Shown: piece by piece, positions 55,556-64,000 of the stretch
Layout: each line of letters opens with the position of its first letter
Numbering within the stretch: the stretch's first letter is position 1
Assembly: GCA_044354345.1 (NCBI GenBank)
Contig: JBILAG010000001.1
Coordinates: forward strand, 25,496-89,495
Direction of reading: 5' to 3'
Source: Ilumatobacteraceae bacterium
Lineage (GTDB): Bacteria; Actinomycetota; Acidimicrobiia; Acidimicrobiales; Ilumatobacteraceae
DNA: 64,000 nt
The notes under the pieces: generated by a model
Seen by the model: only the letters and a program-made list of their open reading frames with translations
The model's database searches: none
Told to the model about the DNA's origin: nothing
Program-made: the position numbers and the translations under genes

Positions 55556-56929
55556 GTGCTGAATTTATACGACACCGCAACCTCAAAAATTCGCTTGCTT
55601 GAGCAACGCAAGCCTGGCGAATTGAGCATTTATCTTTGCGGGCCTACGGTTTATGGGCCACCACATATCGGCCATGGGCGAGCCACGCTTGTTTACGATA
55701 TTTTGCGCCGATATCTCGAGTGGACAGGTATCAAAGTTCGGCTTGTTTCAAATATCACAGATATAGACGACAAAATTATTAATCGCGCTGAGCGAGAAAA
55801 GCGCCCGTGGCTGGACATAGCTCAAAAGTGCGAATCGGTCTGGTTTGAATCAATGTCGCGACTTGGTGTGTTGCGTCCAACTGAAGTGCCACGCGCAACC
55901 GAATATGTGGATCAAATAGTTGGGCTGATTGCCGAACTCGTGGCAAAAGATGCGGCATACACGACAGATGACGGCATATATATGAGTACCAGTGTCGTGG
56001 CTGATTATGGCTTGCTTGCTCAACAAAACATCGACGACATGCTTGCTGGTGGTGGCGACCGAACGGTATTCGGCGCTGATCAGAAAAAGCATCCTGCTGA
56101 TTTCGTTTTATGGAAGTTCTCAAAACCTGGTGAGCCGTCTTGGTCATCACCGTGGGGTGAGGGTCGACCGGGTTGGCATAGTGAGTGTGTTGTGATGAGT
56201 CTTGAGTTGCTTGGCGAAGGTTTTGATCTGCATTGTGGTGGCGCCGACTTGCGGTTTCCGCATCACGAGAACGAACGCGCGCAAGCGGTTGCACTGGGCA
56301 AAGACTTTGCACACCATTGGATGCACAACGGTTTTGTTGTTGACACTGAAGGCGAAAAAATGTCCAAGAGTTTGGGCAATGTAACTAATTTGCCTGACCT
56401 GCTGGATCGTTATGATGCGCGCGCGTATCGCATGTTGTTGTTGCAGACGCATTATCGCTCGCCAGTAAAAGTTGGTCTCGACAACATTGAAGCGTCGGTC
56501 AATGCTCTGGCTGGTGTTGATTCGTTTGCTGCGCGAACTAATTCGCTAATCGTGTTGTCTAGTTCGGCTTCGCCTGACGACGCGACGCTAACCGCATTTC
56601 GTGCAGCGATGGATGACGACTTAAATACGCCCGTCGCAATAGGCGTAATGTTCGATGCAATTCGCCGCGCGAATGTTGCTGTTGATTCTGGCGACACAAA
56701 AACTGCCGGTGCGCTGTCTGCAGCCGTGCGCGAAATCTGCATTGCATTTGGTCTGCAACTTAACGTGGCTGATGTTGTTGATGCTGATTCACAAGCCAAA
56801 GCTGTAGCGCTTGATGCTGCTCGCACCGCAAAAGATTTTGCTAAAGCCGACGAGATCCGCAACGAATTACAAACACTCGGTTGGCTCGTTGAAACCACTA
56901 AAGCTGGCACAACCCTGCGCCGCGCATAA
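55556..56929 (+). CDS. cysS: Cysteine--tRNA ligase
   Basis: 457 aa. CGPTVYGPPHIGHGR and KMSKSLGN motifs. GTG start. Confidence 0.9.
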   Translation: MLNLYDTATSKIRLLEQRKPGELSIYLCGPTVYGPPHIGHGRATLVYDILRRYLEWTGIKVRLVSNITDIDDKIINRAEREKRPWLDIAQKCESVWFESMSRLGVLRPTEVPRATEYVDQIVGLIAELVAKDAAYTTDDGIYMSTSVVADYGLLAQQNIDDMLAGGGDRTVFGADQKKHPADFVLWKFSKPGEPSWSSPWGEGRPGWHSECVVMSLELLGEGFDLHCGGADLRFPHHENERAQAVALGKDFAHHWMHNGFVVDTEGEKMSKSLGNVTNLPDLLDRYDARAYRMLLLQTHYRSPVKVGLDNIEASVNALAGVDSFAARTNSLIVLSSSASPDDATLTAFRAAMDDDLNTPVAIGVMFDAIRRANVAVDSGDTKTAGALSAAVREICIAFGLQLNVADVVDADSQAKAVALDAARTAKDFAKADEIRNELQTLGWLVETTKAGTTLRRA

Positions 56930-57352
56930 CCGTTGCACGAACCACGCCGCGCTGTGAGTCACTCATGAGCGTAGAATTGAGGTGTGACTTCGCCACTTGC
57001 GCCAGTTGATCAGATGCATCTTGAAGGCTTGGCGATCAAGCGCGAGCAACTGCGTCGTGAAAATCCGCAGGCAGATGAAATTCAGATTCAAAAACTTTTG
57101 GTTAAGTGGCTGCACGATCGACCACTTGATGCTCCGGGGCGCGTCAGGGCACTGTGAGTCTCATTGCCACAGCGTCAGAAGTTTTGACGAGGTTGAGTGG
57201 CAACGGGCACATGATGCGGTGCGACTAGTGGTTGAGCGTGGTTATTCGCGTGACCGTGACCTCGAGTTTGATCTTCAGAAGTTGCGCCGCGCGTAATGCA
57301 TTCAATTGTTTCCGCTTGTTAGTTGCAACTGCTGCGCAGGTAACTTATATTC

Positions 57353-58564
57353 ATGGCTGATTTTTCACTTGCTCTAAATGATGACCAACTTCAAATCAAA
57401 AACTGGATCCACGAATTTGCAGTTGATGTAATTCGACCAGTAGCGCACGAATGGGATGAACGAGAAGAGTTTCCGTTTCCCGTTGTGCAAGAAGCCGCCA
57501 AGATCGGTTTGTACGGTCTCGACTTCATCATGAATGCAATGGCTGATCCAACCGGTTTGACGATGGTTGTTGCGATTGAAGAAATCTTTTGGGGCGATGC
57601 TGGTATCGGCATGGCAATCATGGGATCTGGTCTTGCTGCAGCAGGTATCGCCGGCAATGGCACACCAGAACAAATGATCGAGTGGGTGCCACAGTGTTAT
57701 GGCACCGCCGATGACGTAAAGCTCGGTGCGTTTTGCGTGAGTGAGCCAGACGCCGGTAGCGATGTTTCAAACTTGCGAACGCGAGCGGTATACGACGAAG
57801 CCAATGATGAATGGGTATTAAACGGTACTAAAGCATGGATCACAAATGGTGGCATCGCCGATGTTCACGTTGTCGTAGCTGCAGTTGATCCAGAACTTAA
57901 AGGTCGTGGCCAAGCAAGTTTTGTTGTTCCGCCGGGTACTAAAGGTTTATCGCAGGGCCAAAAATATTTAAAGCACGGTATTCGTGCCAGCCATACCGCC
58001 GAAGTTGTGCTTGAAGATGTTCGCGTGCCGGGTCGTTGTCTGTTGGGCGGCAAAGAAAAACTTGACGCAAAACTCGCGCGCTATCGCGAAGGCACTTCAA
58101 GTGGCAAGCAACCTGCAATGGCAACTTTTGAAGCAACGAGACCAGCGGTTGGTGCTCAAGCACTTGGTGTTGCGCGTGCTGCATATGAGTTTGCACTTGA
58201 CTATGCCAAAGAGCGCAAGGCATTCGGTAAGCCGATCATCATGCATCAGGCAATCGCATTCAAACTTGCCAACATGATCACCGAGATCGATGCGGCACGA
58301 TTGCTGATTTGGCGCGCGTCGTGGCTTGCTAAAAACGGCGGCTACAAAAACGCCGAAGGGTCACAAAGCAAGTACTACGCATCAGAGATGGCCGTTAGAG
58401 TCACAAATGATGCGATTCAAATTCTTGGTGGTTACGGCTACACGCGTGAATACCCAGTAGAGCGTTGGCACCGTGACGCCAAGATTCACACCATCTTTGA
58501 GGGCACCTCAGAGATACAACAACTCGTTATTGCTCGCGCTATCTCTGGCTTGCGCGTCGAATAA
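57353..58564 (+). CDS. Acyl-CoA dehydrogenase
   Basis: 403 aa. CVSEPDAGSD and the C-terminal QILGGYGYTREYPVERWHRDAKIHTIFEGTSEIQ signature. Confidence 0.85.
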   Translation: MADFSLALNDDQLQIKNWIHEFAVDVIRPVAHEWDEREEFPFPVVQEAAKIGLYGLDFIMNAMADPTGLTMVVAIEEIFWGDAGIGMAIMGSGLAAAGIAGNGTPEQMIEWVPQCYGTADDVKLGAFCVSEPDAGSDVSNLRTRAVYDEANDEWVLNGTKAWITNGGIADVHVVVAAVDPELKGRGQASFVVPPGTKGLSQGQKYLKHGIRASHTAEVVLEDVRVPGRCLLGGKEKLDAKLARYREGTSSGKQPAMATFEATRPAVGAQALGVARAAYEFALDYAKERKAFGKPIIMHQAIAFKLANMITEIDAARLLIWRASWLAKNGGYKNAEGSQSKYYASEMAVRVTNDAIQILGGYGYTREYPVERWHRDAKIHTIFEGTSEIQQLVIARAISGLRVE

Positions 58565-58599
58565 AAACTGGTTTCTAAGTCCGTAACGTAGAGGGCTAT

Positions 58600-60006
58600 A
58601 TGTCAATTCGCCCTAACGCCGCATTTTCAATCGCTCTTGATTGTCAGCTCGACAATGTGCCCGGCACTCTTGGGCGGTTGTGTGCCGCAATTGGTGAGGC
58701 AGGCGGAAACATTGGAGCCCTTGATGGTTTTGATGTTCGTGGCCCGGTGCTTCGTCGAAGTCTTGTAGTGCATTGCCGAAATGAAGAGCATCAAAATGCA
58801 GTTGTTGCTGCGGTACAAAAGCTAGATGGCATAACAGTTCTTGATTGGTGGGACCGAACCCTTCGCATGCATGAGGCCGGAAAGATTGAAGTCATCAGCA
58901 CGGCTCCAGTGAACGATCGTGATGATTTGTCAATGGCATACACGCCGGGTGTTGCTCGTGTTTGCACTGCAATTGAAAACGATCCACTGTTATCGCATAA
59001 GTACACCATTCGAAAAAACACGGTCGCAATTGTTAGTAATGGAACAGCGGTGCTTGGACTTGGTGACATCGGCCCAGAAGGTGCAATGCCGGTTATGGAA
59101 GGTAAGGCATTGTTGTTCAAGGAGTTTGGTGGAGTAAACGGATTTCCTATTTGCATAAATGCGCGCACTGCCGATGAGGTCGTTGATTTTGTGCAGCGCA
59201 TTGCGCCAACATTTGGTGGAATAAATTTGGAAGATATAAAAGCACCTGAGTGTTTTGAAATTGAAGAACGGCTGCGTGCGAGTATTGACATTCCTGTGTT
59301 TCACGACGACCAACATGGCACGGCAGTGGTGACATTGGCGGCGTTGTGGAATTCTCTAAAAATCACGGGCAAGAAAATGGAAGACCTCACGGTTGTCATC
59401 GCTGGCGTCGGTGCTGCAGGTGTTGCAATTGGCAAGATTCTTCTTAATGCCGGCATCGGCGATGTCATTGGTTGTGATCGCGTAGGTGCCATTTATACAG
59501 GTCGAGGCGAAATGAATTCTGCAAAAGAGTGGTTCGCCGCAAACACAAATTCTTCGCGAAAAATGGGATCGATTAGTGACGTGATGAAAGGCGCAGACGT
59601 ATTCGTCGGAGTGAGTGGGCCTGATCTAGTTACTGCAGCTGATGTGCGATCGATGGCAAAGAACCCCATTGTTTTTGCGATGGCTAACCCAAACCCAGAG
59701 ATTCGTCCAGAGCAGGTAGATGGTCTTGCTGCCGTCATGGCAACAGGTCGTAGTGATTATCCGAATCAAATTAATAACGTGCTTGCATTTCCCGGAATCT
59801 TTCGTGGCGCACTTGACGCAAATGCAACAGACATCACCGAGGGTATGAAATTAGCGGCCGCAATCGCCATTGCCGAGTCGGTAACCGATGCTCAACTGTC
59901 GCCAGATTTTGTGGTGCCATCAGTGTTTGATCGGACCATTGTTCAACGTGTTGCGCCAGCGGTCGCCGCCGCAGCGGTGAAAGATGGCGTCATCCGCAAG
60001 TCGTAG
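58600..60006 (+). CDS. NAD(P)-dependent malic enzyme with N-terminal ACT-like domain
   Basis: 468 aa. An ACT-like 80-aa N-terminus, then YTPGVA, FHDDQHGTAVV, GAGAAG and ANPNPE motifs. Confidence 0.85.
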   Translation: MSIRPNAAFSIALDCQLDNVPGTLGRLCAAIGEAGGNIGALDGFDVRGPVLRRSLVVHCRNEEHQNAVVAAVQKLDGITVLDWWDRTLRMHEAGKIEVISTAPVNDRDDLSMAYTPGVARVCTAIENDPLLSHKYTIRKNTVAIVSNGTAVLGLGDIGPEGAMPVMEGKALLFKEFGGVNGFPICINARTADEVVDFVQRIAPTFGGINLEDIKAPECFEIEERLRASIDIPVFHDDQHGTAVVTLAALWNSLKITGKKMEDLTVVIAGVGAAGVAIGKILLNAGIGDVIGCDRVGAIYTGRGEMNSAKEWFAANTNSSRKMGSISDVMKGADVFVGVSGPDLVTAADVRSMAKNPIVFAMANPNPEIRPEQVDGLAAVMATGRSDYPNQINNVLAFPGIFRGALDANATDITEGMKLAAAIAIAESVTDAQLSPDFVVPSVFDRTIVQRVAPAVAAAAVKDGVIRKS

Positions 60007-60012
60007 AAAAAT

Positions 60013-61287
60013 TTAGCGCTGCTCGGTGCTGTGAACTGAGATTCGCGTGATAGTCGACATGCTGCACCAATAAATATCACCGTGAGATCCGACGGCAGGG
60101 AAAACCGCTGATTGAATCGGACTAGTTGTTGAAACTCTTGCCACCTCGTCGCCAGTTGTGATATCAAGCACGACAACTTGTTCGCAACCAAGTTCGGGTC
60201 GATAATCTGCGGTAATAATTTGTCCTGCCTCGGGCGACAACAACATATGACAGGCATGATTCTGCTCACGACTCCAGCGGCGTGTGATCGAATCTTCGTC
60301 ATAGTCAAAGCCACTGATCACACCGTTTCCGCTATCGAAACCGACCACAATTTGGCGCTTGGTGTCAACAACTGGAGGATTGGCAATGATCCCGTTTGGC
60401 AATCCACAAATCTCAGCGAGCGTTACCTTTCCCGATTTTTTATTAACGCGCACGAGATGCAATGGTGCCGACGAAATACCAACACCTCGAAACGAACCTG
60501 TGAAGAGTTGTGTGCCTTCGCCGTTATCCAAGAACCATGCGTCGTCCTGCGTGATGACTGCATCCCAACCGAAAGTTTGACCTTCGAGAGTTCGATAGCG
60601 AGCATTGAAATTCGTGTCAACGCTTAATTTTTCGTCGCGCCAGAACACACGTATCAGCGAATAATCACCGACAACGTAAAGATCATTGCCGTCAGCAGAG
60701 AGTCGAGCAATCGAGGGTTCGGCAAGTTCAAGTCGTTCGACGATTCGCAAATCTTCGGGGTCGAGAATAAGCAACTCAGTTGGACTCATTGGTGTGCCGT
60801 TGGTTTGACCTGGCAACGCACCCGAGAAATCTTTGGTTGCTAAATGTCCACTCGGCAAAATCACAAAACTGTTGTACGGGCGAACACGGGGCAACTCAAC
60901 AGAAGCAATGACTTGCAGATCTGTTGACAAACGGTGTGCATGGTTACCGAACACGACGTATAGCGAACCGTTGGCGTGCGCCGCAATTCCGCCTGGCCAC
61001 ATTGGGCCGCCAGCTAATTTTTCAGATTCAGTTATGACATCAAGCGTCACTGGATTAATTTTTTCAACCCACGAGACGACAACTGGCCCAGCCATAAACC
61101 GCTGGAGAAAAATTTCATCACTGGGTCCTACAACGGCCATCGTTACGGCGATGGCGTCGCGCGAAACAACATCAAGTTGGCTAGTAGCCGAAATTTTTGG
61201 GATGACCGCATTGCTTGCGATCTGAAGACGTTGCGGACCACCATCTTCGCCAGACCACGAACTATTCCAGTATCCGCTCATGCGCAA
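60013..61287 (-). CDS. Hypothetical protein, probably beta-propeller-like
   Basis: 424-aa ORF with repetitive beta-strand-rich composition (short hydrophobic runs separated by G/D/N turns). No signal peptide or catalytic motif recognised. Confidence 0.4.
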   Translation of the reverse strand: MRMSGYWNSSWSGEDGGPQRLQIASNAVIPKISATSQLDVVSRDAIAVTMAVVGPSDEIFLQRFMAGPVVVSWVEKINPVTLDVITESEKLAGGPMWPGGIAAHANGSLYVVFGNHAHRLSTDLQVIASVELPRVRPYNSFVILPSGHLATKDFSGALPGQTNGTPMSPTELLILDPEDLRIVERLELAEPSIARLSADGNDLYVVGDYSLIRVFWRDEKLSVDTNFNARYRTLEGQTFGWDAVITQDDAWFLDNGEGTQLFTGSFRGVGISSAPLHLVRVNKKSGKVTLAEICGLPNGIIANPPVVDTKRQIVVGFDSGNGVISGFDYDEDSITRRWSREQNHACHMLLSPEAGQIITADYRPELGCEQVVVLDITTGDEVARVSTTSPIQSAVFPAVGSHGDIYWCSMSTITRISVHSTEQR

Positions 61288-61359
61288 ACTCTAGATCAAT
61301 GGATTAAGAATCTTGCGTGCCACTTTCGGCGAGTTAAATTCAACAACTAGTCTCGTCAC

Positions 61360-63555
61360 GTGGCCACTGCATATGAACTTGCACTTGAAAAAACCAAAAA
61401 TGGAATTGAGCCCGAATTAGCCGCTGCTGAACTTGTTGCGTTAATGACGCTCGACGAAAAAGTTCATTGTTTAGACGGTGGTGTTCCGTTTTGGGTGGGC
61501 ATAAAAGATATAACAACGGGTGGCTATCACAGTCGGCCTTTCAGAGCTGCAAAAATCGACCGACTCGGCATACCCGGTTTTCATTTTTCTGACGGACCTC
61601 GAGGTCTCGTAGTTGGCGAAGCAACTGCGTTTCCGGTTTCGATGGCGCGCGGAGCAACTTTTGACCCAGAACTAGAAGTGCGAGTTGGCGATGCCATCGG
61701 CAAAGAACTTCGTGCAATTGGCGCAGACCTCTACGGCGGAATATGTGTGAACCTATTGCGACATCCAGCATGGGGACGAGCACAAGAAACTTATGGCGAA
61801 GACCCGCATCATGTTGGTGAGATGGGCGCAAGTCTTACTCGTGGTGCGCAACGACATGTGATGGCAACGCTGAAACACTTTGCACTCAACTCAATGGAAA
61901 ACGCAAGATTCGGCGTAGATGTAAAAGTCGACGAACGTGCACTGCACGAGGTGTATCTTCCTCATTTCAAACGCATTGTCGACGAAGGTGTCGCCTGCGT
62001 AATGACGGCATACAACTCGGTAAACGGCGAATGGTGTAGCCAGAACAAAGTTTTACTTGAAGATATTTTGCGCCGTGAATGGGGCTTTGCAGGTTTCGTT
62101 ATTTCAGATTGGATATTTGGCGTGCACGACGGCGTGAAGTCTTTGCAGGCCGGGCTTGATGTTGAAATGCCTTATCGGATGATTAGAAATGCGCCAATCG
62201 TTGCCGCGCTTTCAGAGGGTCTCATCACTGAAGAACTTATAGCCAGTGCAGTAACGCGCACTTTGACAACAATGCTGAAGTTCAGAGTTGGCAAGTTACC
62301 AGTCAGTGATCGTTCTGTTTTGCTGTGCAGTGAGCACGTGCTTCTTAGTCAAGAAGTCGCCGAGAAGTCGATGGTGTTGTTAAAGAACGAAAGTGTTGAT
62401 GGCGCAAGTTTGCTTCCCCTGAATCTGAAAAATAGTTCAAAAATCGCCGTCGTTGGACGCCTTGCAGGGGTGCGCAACATTGGCGACGGCGGCAGCAGCG
62501 ATGTGATGGCCCCAAATGTTGTGACCCCGCTACAAGGTATTCGCGAACACTTCTCTCATTGCGAAGTCATTTATCAATCACAGGCAACTCTTGAAGCTCA
62601 GGTGCAGCAAGCCAAGCAGTCTGACGTAGCAATTGTTGTTGTTGGCTACACAAGAGAAGAAGAAGGTGAATTTATTGGTGACTCGCCAGACACTGTTTCG
62701 ATGGCTGCGCAGATTCCGCGACAAGATGATCCAGAATTAGCGAGCGAATATAAAAACTACATGATTGAAAACCATCACTATGCGCCAGATGAATTGCGGA
62801 TTAAATCGCGAAACGGCACGTTCTCAATTGGCGGCGATAGAGAATCACTTCGTTTGTTAGATGCTGATGCTCAATTGATTCACGCTGTTGCAAAAGTACA
62901 ACCGAGAACGGTAGTTGTGATTGTCGCAGGCAGTGCAGTTGTGATGTCAGAGTGGATCAACGAAGTACCGGCAGTGTTGATGGGTTGGTACAGCGGAAGC
63001 AATGGCGGTCGCGCACTGGCCAACATTTTGTCTGGCGCAGTAAATCCGTCGGGGCGTTTGCCGTTTGTGATTCCGAATGACGAATCACACTTACCATTTT
63101 TTGATCGCGACGCTAGAAGTATTACTTACGATTATTGGCACGGACAATGGAAACTCGATCGTGACGGTAACAAACCAATGTTTCCGTTTGGTTATGGGTG
63201 CAGTTACACGAACTTTTCGTTTTCAAACGCTGAAATTGAAGTTTCTGAAACGGTGAAGTTTCGCTGTGCGGTTCGCAATGTCGGTTCACGCGACGGCGCG
63301 ACAGTCGTACAAATTTATGCAGGTCGCAACAACTCAGCGATTGAGCGACCGAAACGAAGACTGGTTGCGTTCAAACGCGTTGAAGTTCGTGCGGGTGAAA
63401 CTGTGCAGGTTGGATGTGAGGCACCGTTTCAAAACTTCGCCACACGCGATATTCAAAATCACAGTTGGTTTGTCGAAGAAGGATTATGGAACTGTGAAAT
63501 CAGTCAGTTCTCAGGTGCCCCAGAAGCTTTGCCCGTTGCGCTCGTTTTTAAATGA
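61360..63555 (+). CDS. Glycoside hydrolase family 3 (beta-glucosidase-like)
   Basis: 731 aa. KHFALNS and the nucleophile motif GFVISDW. GTG start. Confidence 0.85.
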   Translation: MATAYELALEKTKNGIEPELAAAELVALMTLDEKVHCLDGGVPFWVGIKDITTGGYHSRPFRAAKIDRLGIPGFHFSDGPRGLVVGEATAFPVSMARGATFDPELEVRVGDAIGKELRAIGADLYGGICVNLLRHPAWGRAQETYGEDPHHVGEMGASLTRGAQRHVMATLKHFALNSMENARFGVDVKVDERALHEVYLPHFKRIVDEGVACVMTAYNSVNGEWCSQNKVLLEDILRREWGFAGFVISDWIFGVHDGVKSLQAGLDVEMPYRMIRNAPIVAALSEGLITEELIASAVTRTLTTMLKFRVGKLPVSDRSVLLCSEHVLLSQEVAEKSMVLLKNESVDGASLLPLNLKNSSKIAVVGRLAGVRNIGDGGSSDVMAPNVVTPLQGIREHFSHCEVIYQSQATLEAQVQQAKQSDVAIVVVGYTREEEGEFIGDSPDTVSMAAQIPRQDDPELASEYKNYMIENHHYAPDELRIKSRNGTFSIGGDRESLRLLDADAQLIHAVAKVQPRTVVVIVAGSAVVMSEWINEVPAVLMGWYSGSNGGRALANILSGAVNPSGRLPFVIPNDESHLPFFDRDARSITYDYWHGQWKLDRDGNKPMFPFGYGCSYTNFSFSNAEIEVSETVKFRCAVRNVGSRDGATVVQIYAGRNNSAIERPKRRLVAFKRVEVRAGETVQVGCEAPFQNFATRDIQNHSWFVEEGLWNCEISQFSGAPEALPVALVFK

Positions 63556-63581
63556 TTACTGGTGCGACTAAATTAAGTCTT

Positions 63582-64000
63582 ATGACTTACAAAGTGGCGG
63601 TAGTACGAGAAGTTTCAGCATCTCCTGAAAAAGTGTGGGCATTGGTCACCGACTTGCCTCGCATGGGTGAGTGGTCACCAGAAAACCTGGGAGGAGAGTG
63701 GCTAGACGGCGCTACGTGTGCTGCTGTAGGTGCAAAATTTAGAGGAAACAACAAGAATGGCGACAAGTCATGGCAGGCAACGGTGAGTGTGGAAGTTTGT
63801 GATGCACCAAAGAAGTTTGTGTTCGTTCTCAATTTCAAAGAAAATCATTTATGTGATTGGGTTTATGAAATTGAACCAACGCCGAACGGCTGTCGTTTGA
63901 CACATGCGTGGGTTGCGGGTACTCATTGGGAACAATTTGCACCGTTTGGCAAGGACATCAGTGGAGTGGAAGACCGTGCTACTCACAACCTTCGCACTAT
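63582..64000 (+). CDS. SRPBCC/START-like protein (3' end truncated by the window)
   Basis: Manual translation MTYKVAVVREVSASPEKVWALVTDLPRMGEWSPEN... stays open to the window end. Not in the track because it has no stop. Confidence 0.55.
   Translation, partial: MTYKVAVVREVSASPEKVWALVTDLPRMGEWSPENLGGEWLDGATCAAVGAKFRGNNKNGDKSWQATVSVEVCDAPKKFVFVLNFKENHLCDWVYEIEPTPNGCRLTHAWVAGTHWEQFAPFGKDISGVEDRATHNLRT

Noticed and set aside
63587-63838. 83-aa minus-strand ORF near the right edge
   Set aside because: It lies antisense to the SRPBCC-like plus-strand ORF, which has a convincing family-like N-terminus.

Overview
The window is gene-dense (nearly all coding) and moderately AT-rich. It contains no rRNA, CRISPR array, transposase or integrase. 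The housekeeping genes and their synteny (PDZ/Lon-like protease, DivIVA-domain protein, ~990-aa UPF0182 membrane protein, LCP protein, very short or absent intergenic spacers) suggest a streamlined low-GC actinobacterium, possibly a freshwater Nanopelagicales-like lineage. That assignment is inference only.

Layout:
(1) 1-18.8 kb is one uninterrupted minus-strand glycan operon. It holds a Campylobacter-type legionaminic-acid pathway: dehydratase, aminotransferase, NeuC-type epimerase, NeuB-type synthase, NeuD-type acetyltransferase, then a ptmE/ptmF/legF/ptmA-like block. Downstream is an expanded acetamidino-forming set: three PP-loop N-acetyl-sugar amidotransferases, two HisF-like and one HisH-like protein. 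There is also a duplicated cassette of two uncharacterised proteins, a sulfotransferase-like P-loop protein and a GT-B-like protein. The operon runs off the left edge.
(2) 19-25.3 kb holds the PDZ/Lon-like protease, a DivIVA-domain protein with an acidic P-E repeat and a MuF-like C-terminus, and UPF0182.
(3) An initiator tRNA-Met lies at 25785-25861.
(4) 25.9-33.3 kb is a second plus-strand sugar cluster: HpcH aldolase, Gfo/Idh/MocA oxidoreductase, IMPase-family protein, Fe-ADH, DegT aminotransferase, GT2, a second NeuB-type synthase and an SpsF-type cytidylyltransferase. Its product cannot be assigned from known pathways.
(5) The rest is core metabolism: nucleoside salvage (tdk, deoC, cdd, deaminase, PNP), agmatine to putrescine (aguB, aguA), a Cys-type sulfatase neighbourhood, ung, kynA/kynU, envelope genes (alanine-racemase-like, DedA, plsY, LCP), divergent valS/cysS, acyl-CoA dehydrogenase, ACT-malic enzyme, a GH3 glycosidase and a truncated SRPBCC gene at the right edge.

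The most interesting material is the duplicated uncharacterised cassette in the first operon and the unassigned second ulosonic-acid-like cluster next to the tRNA.
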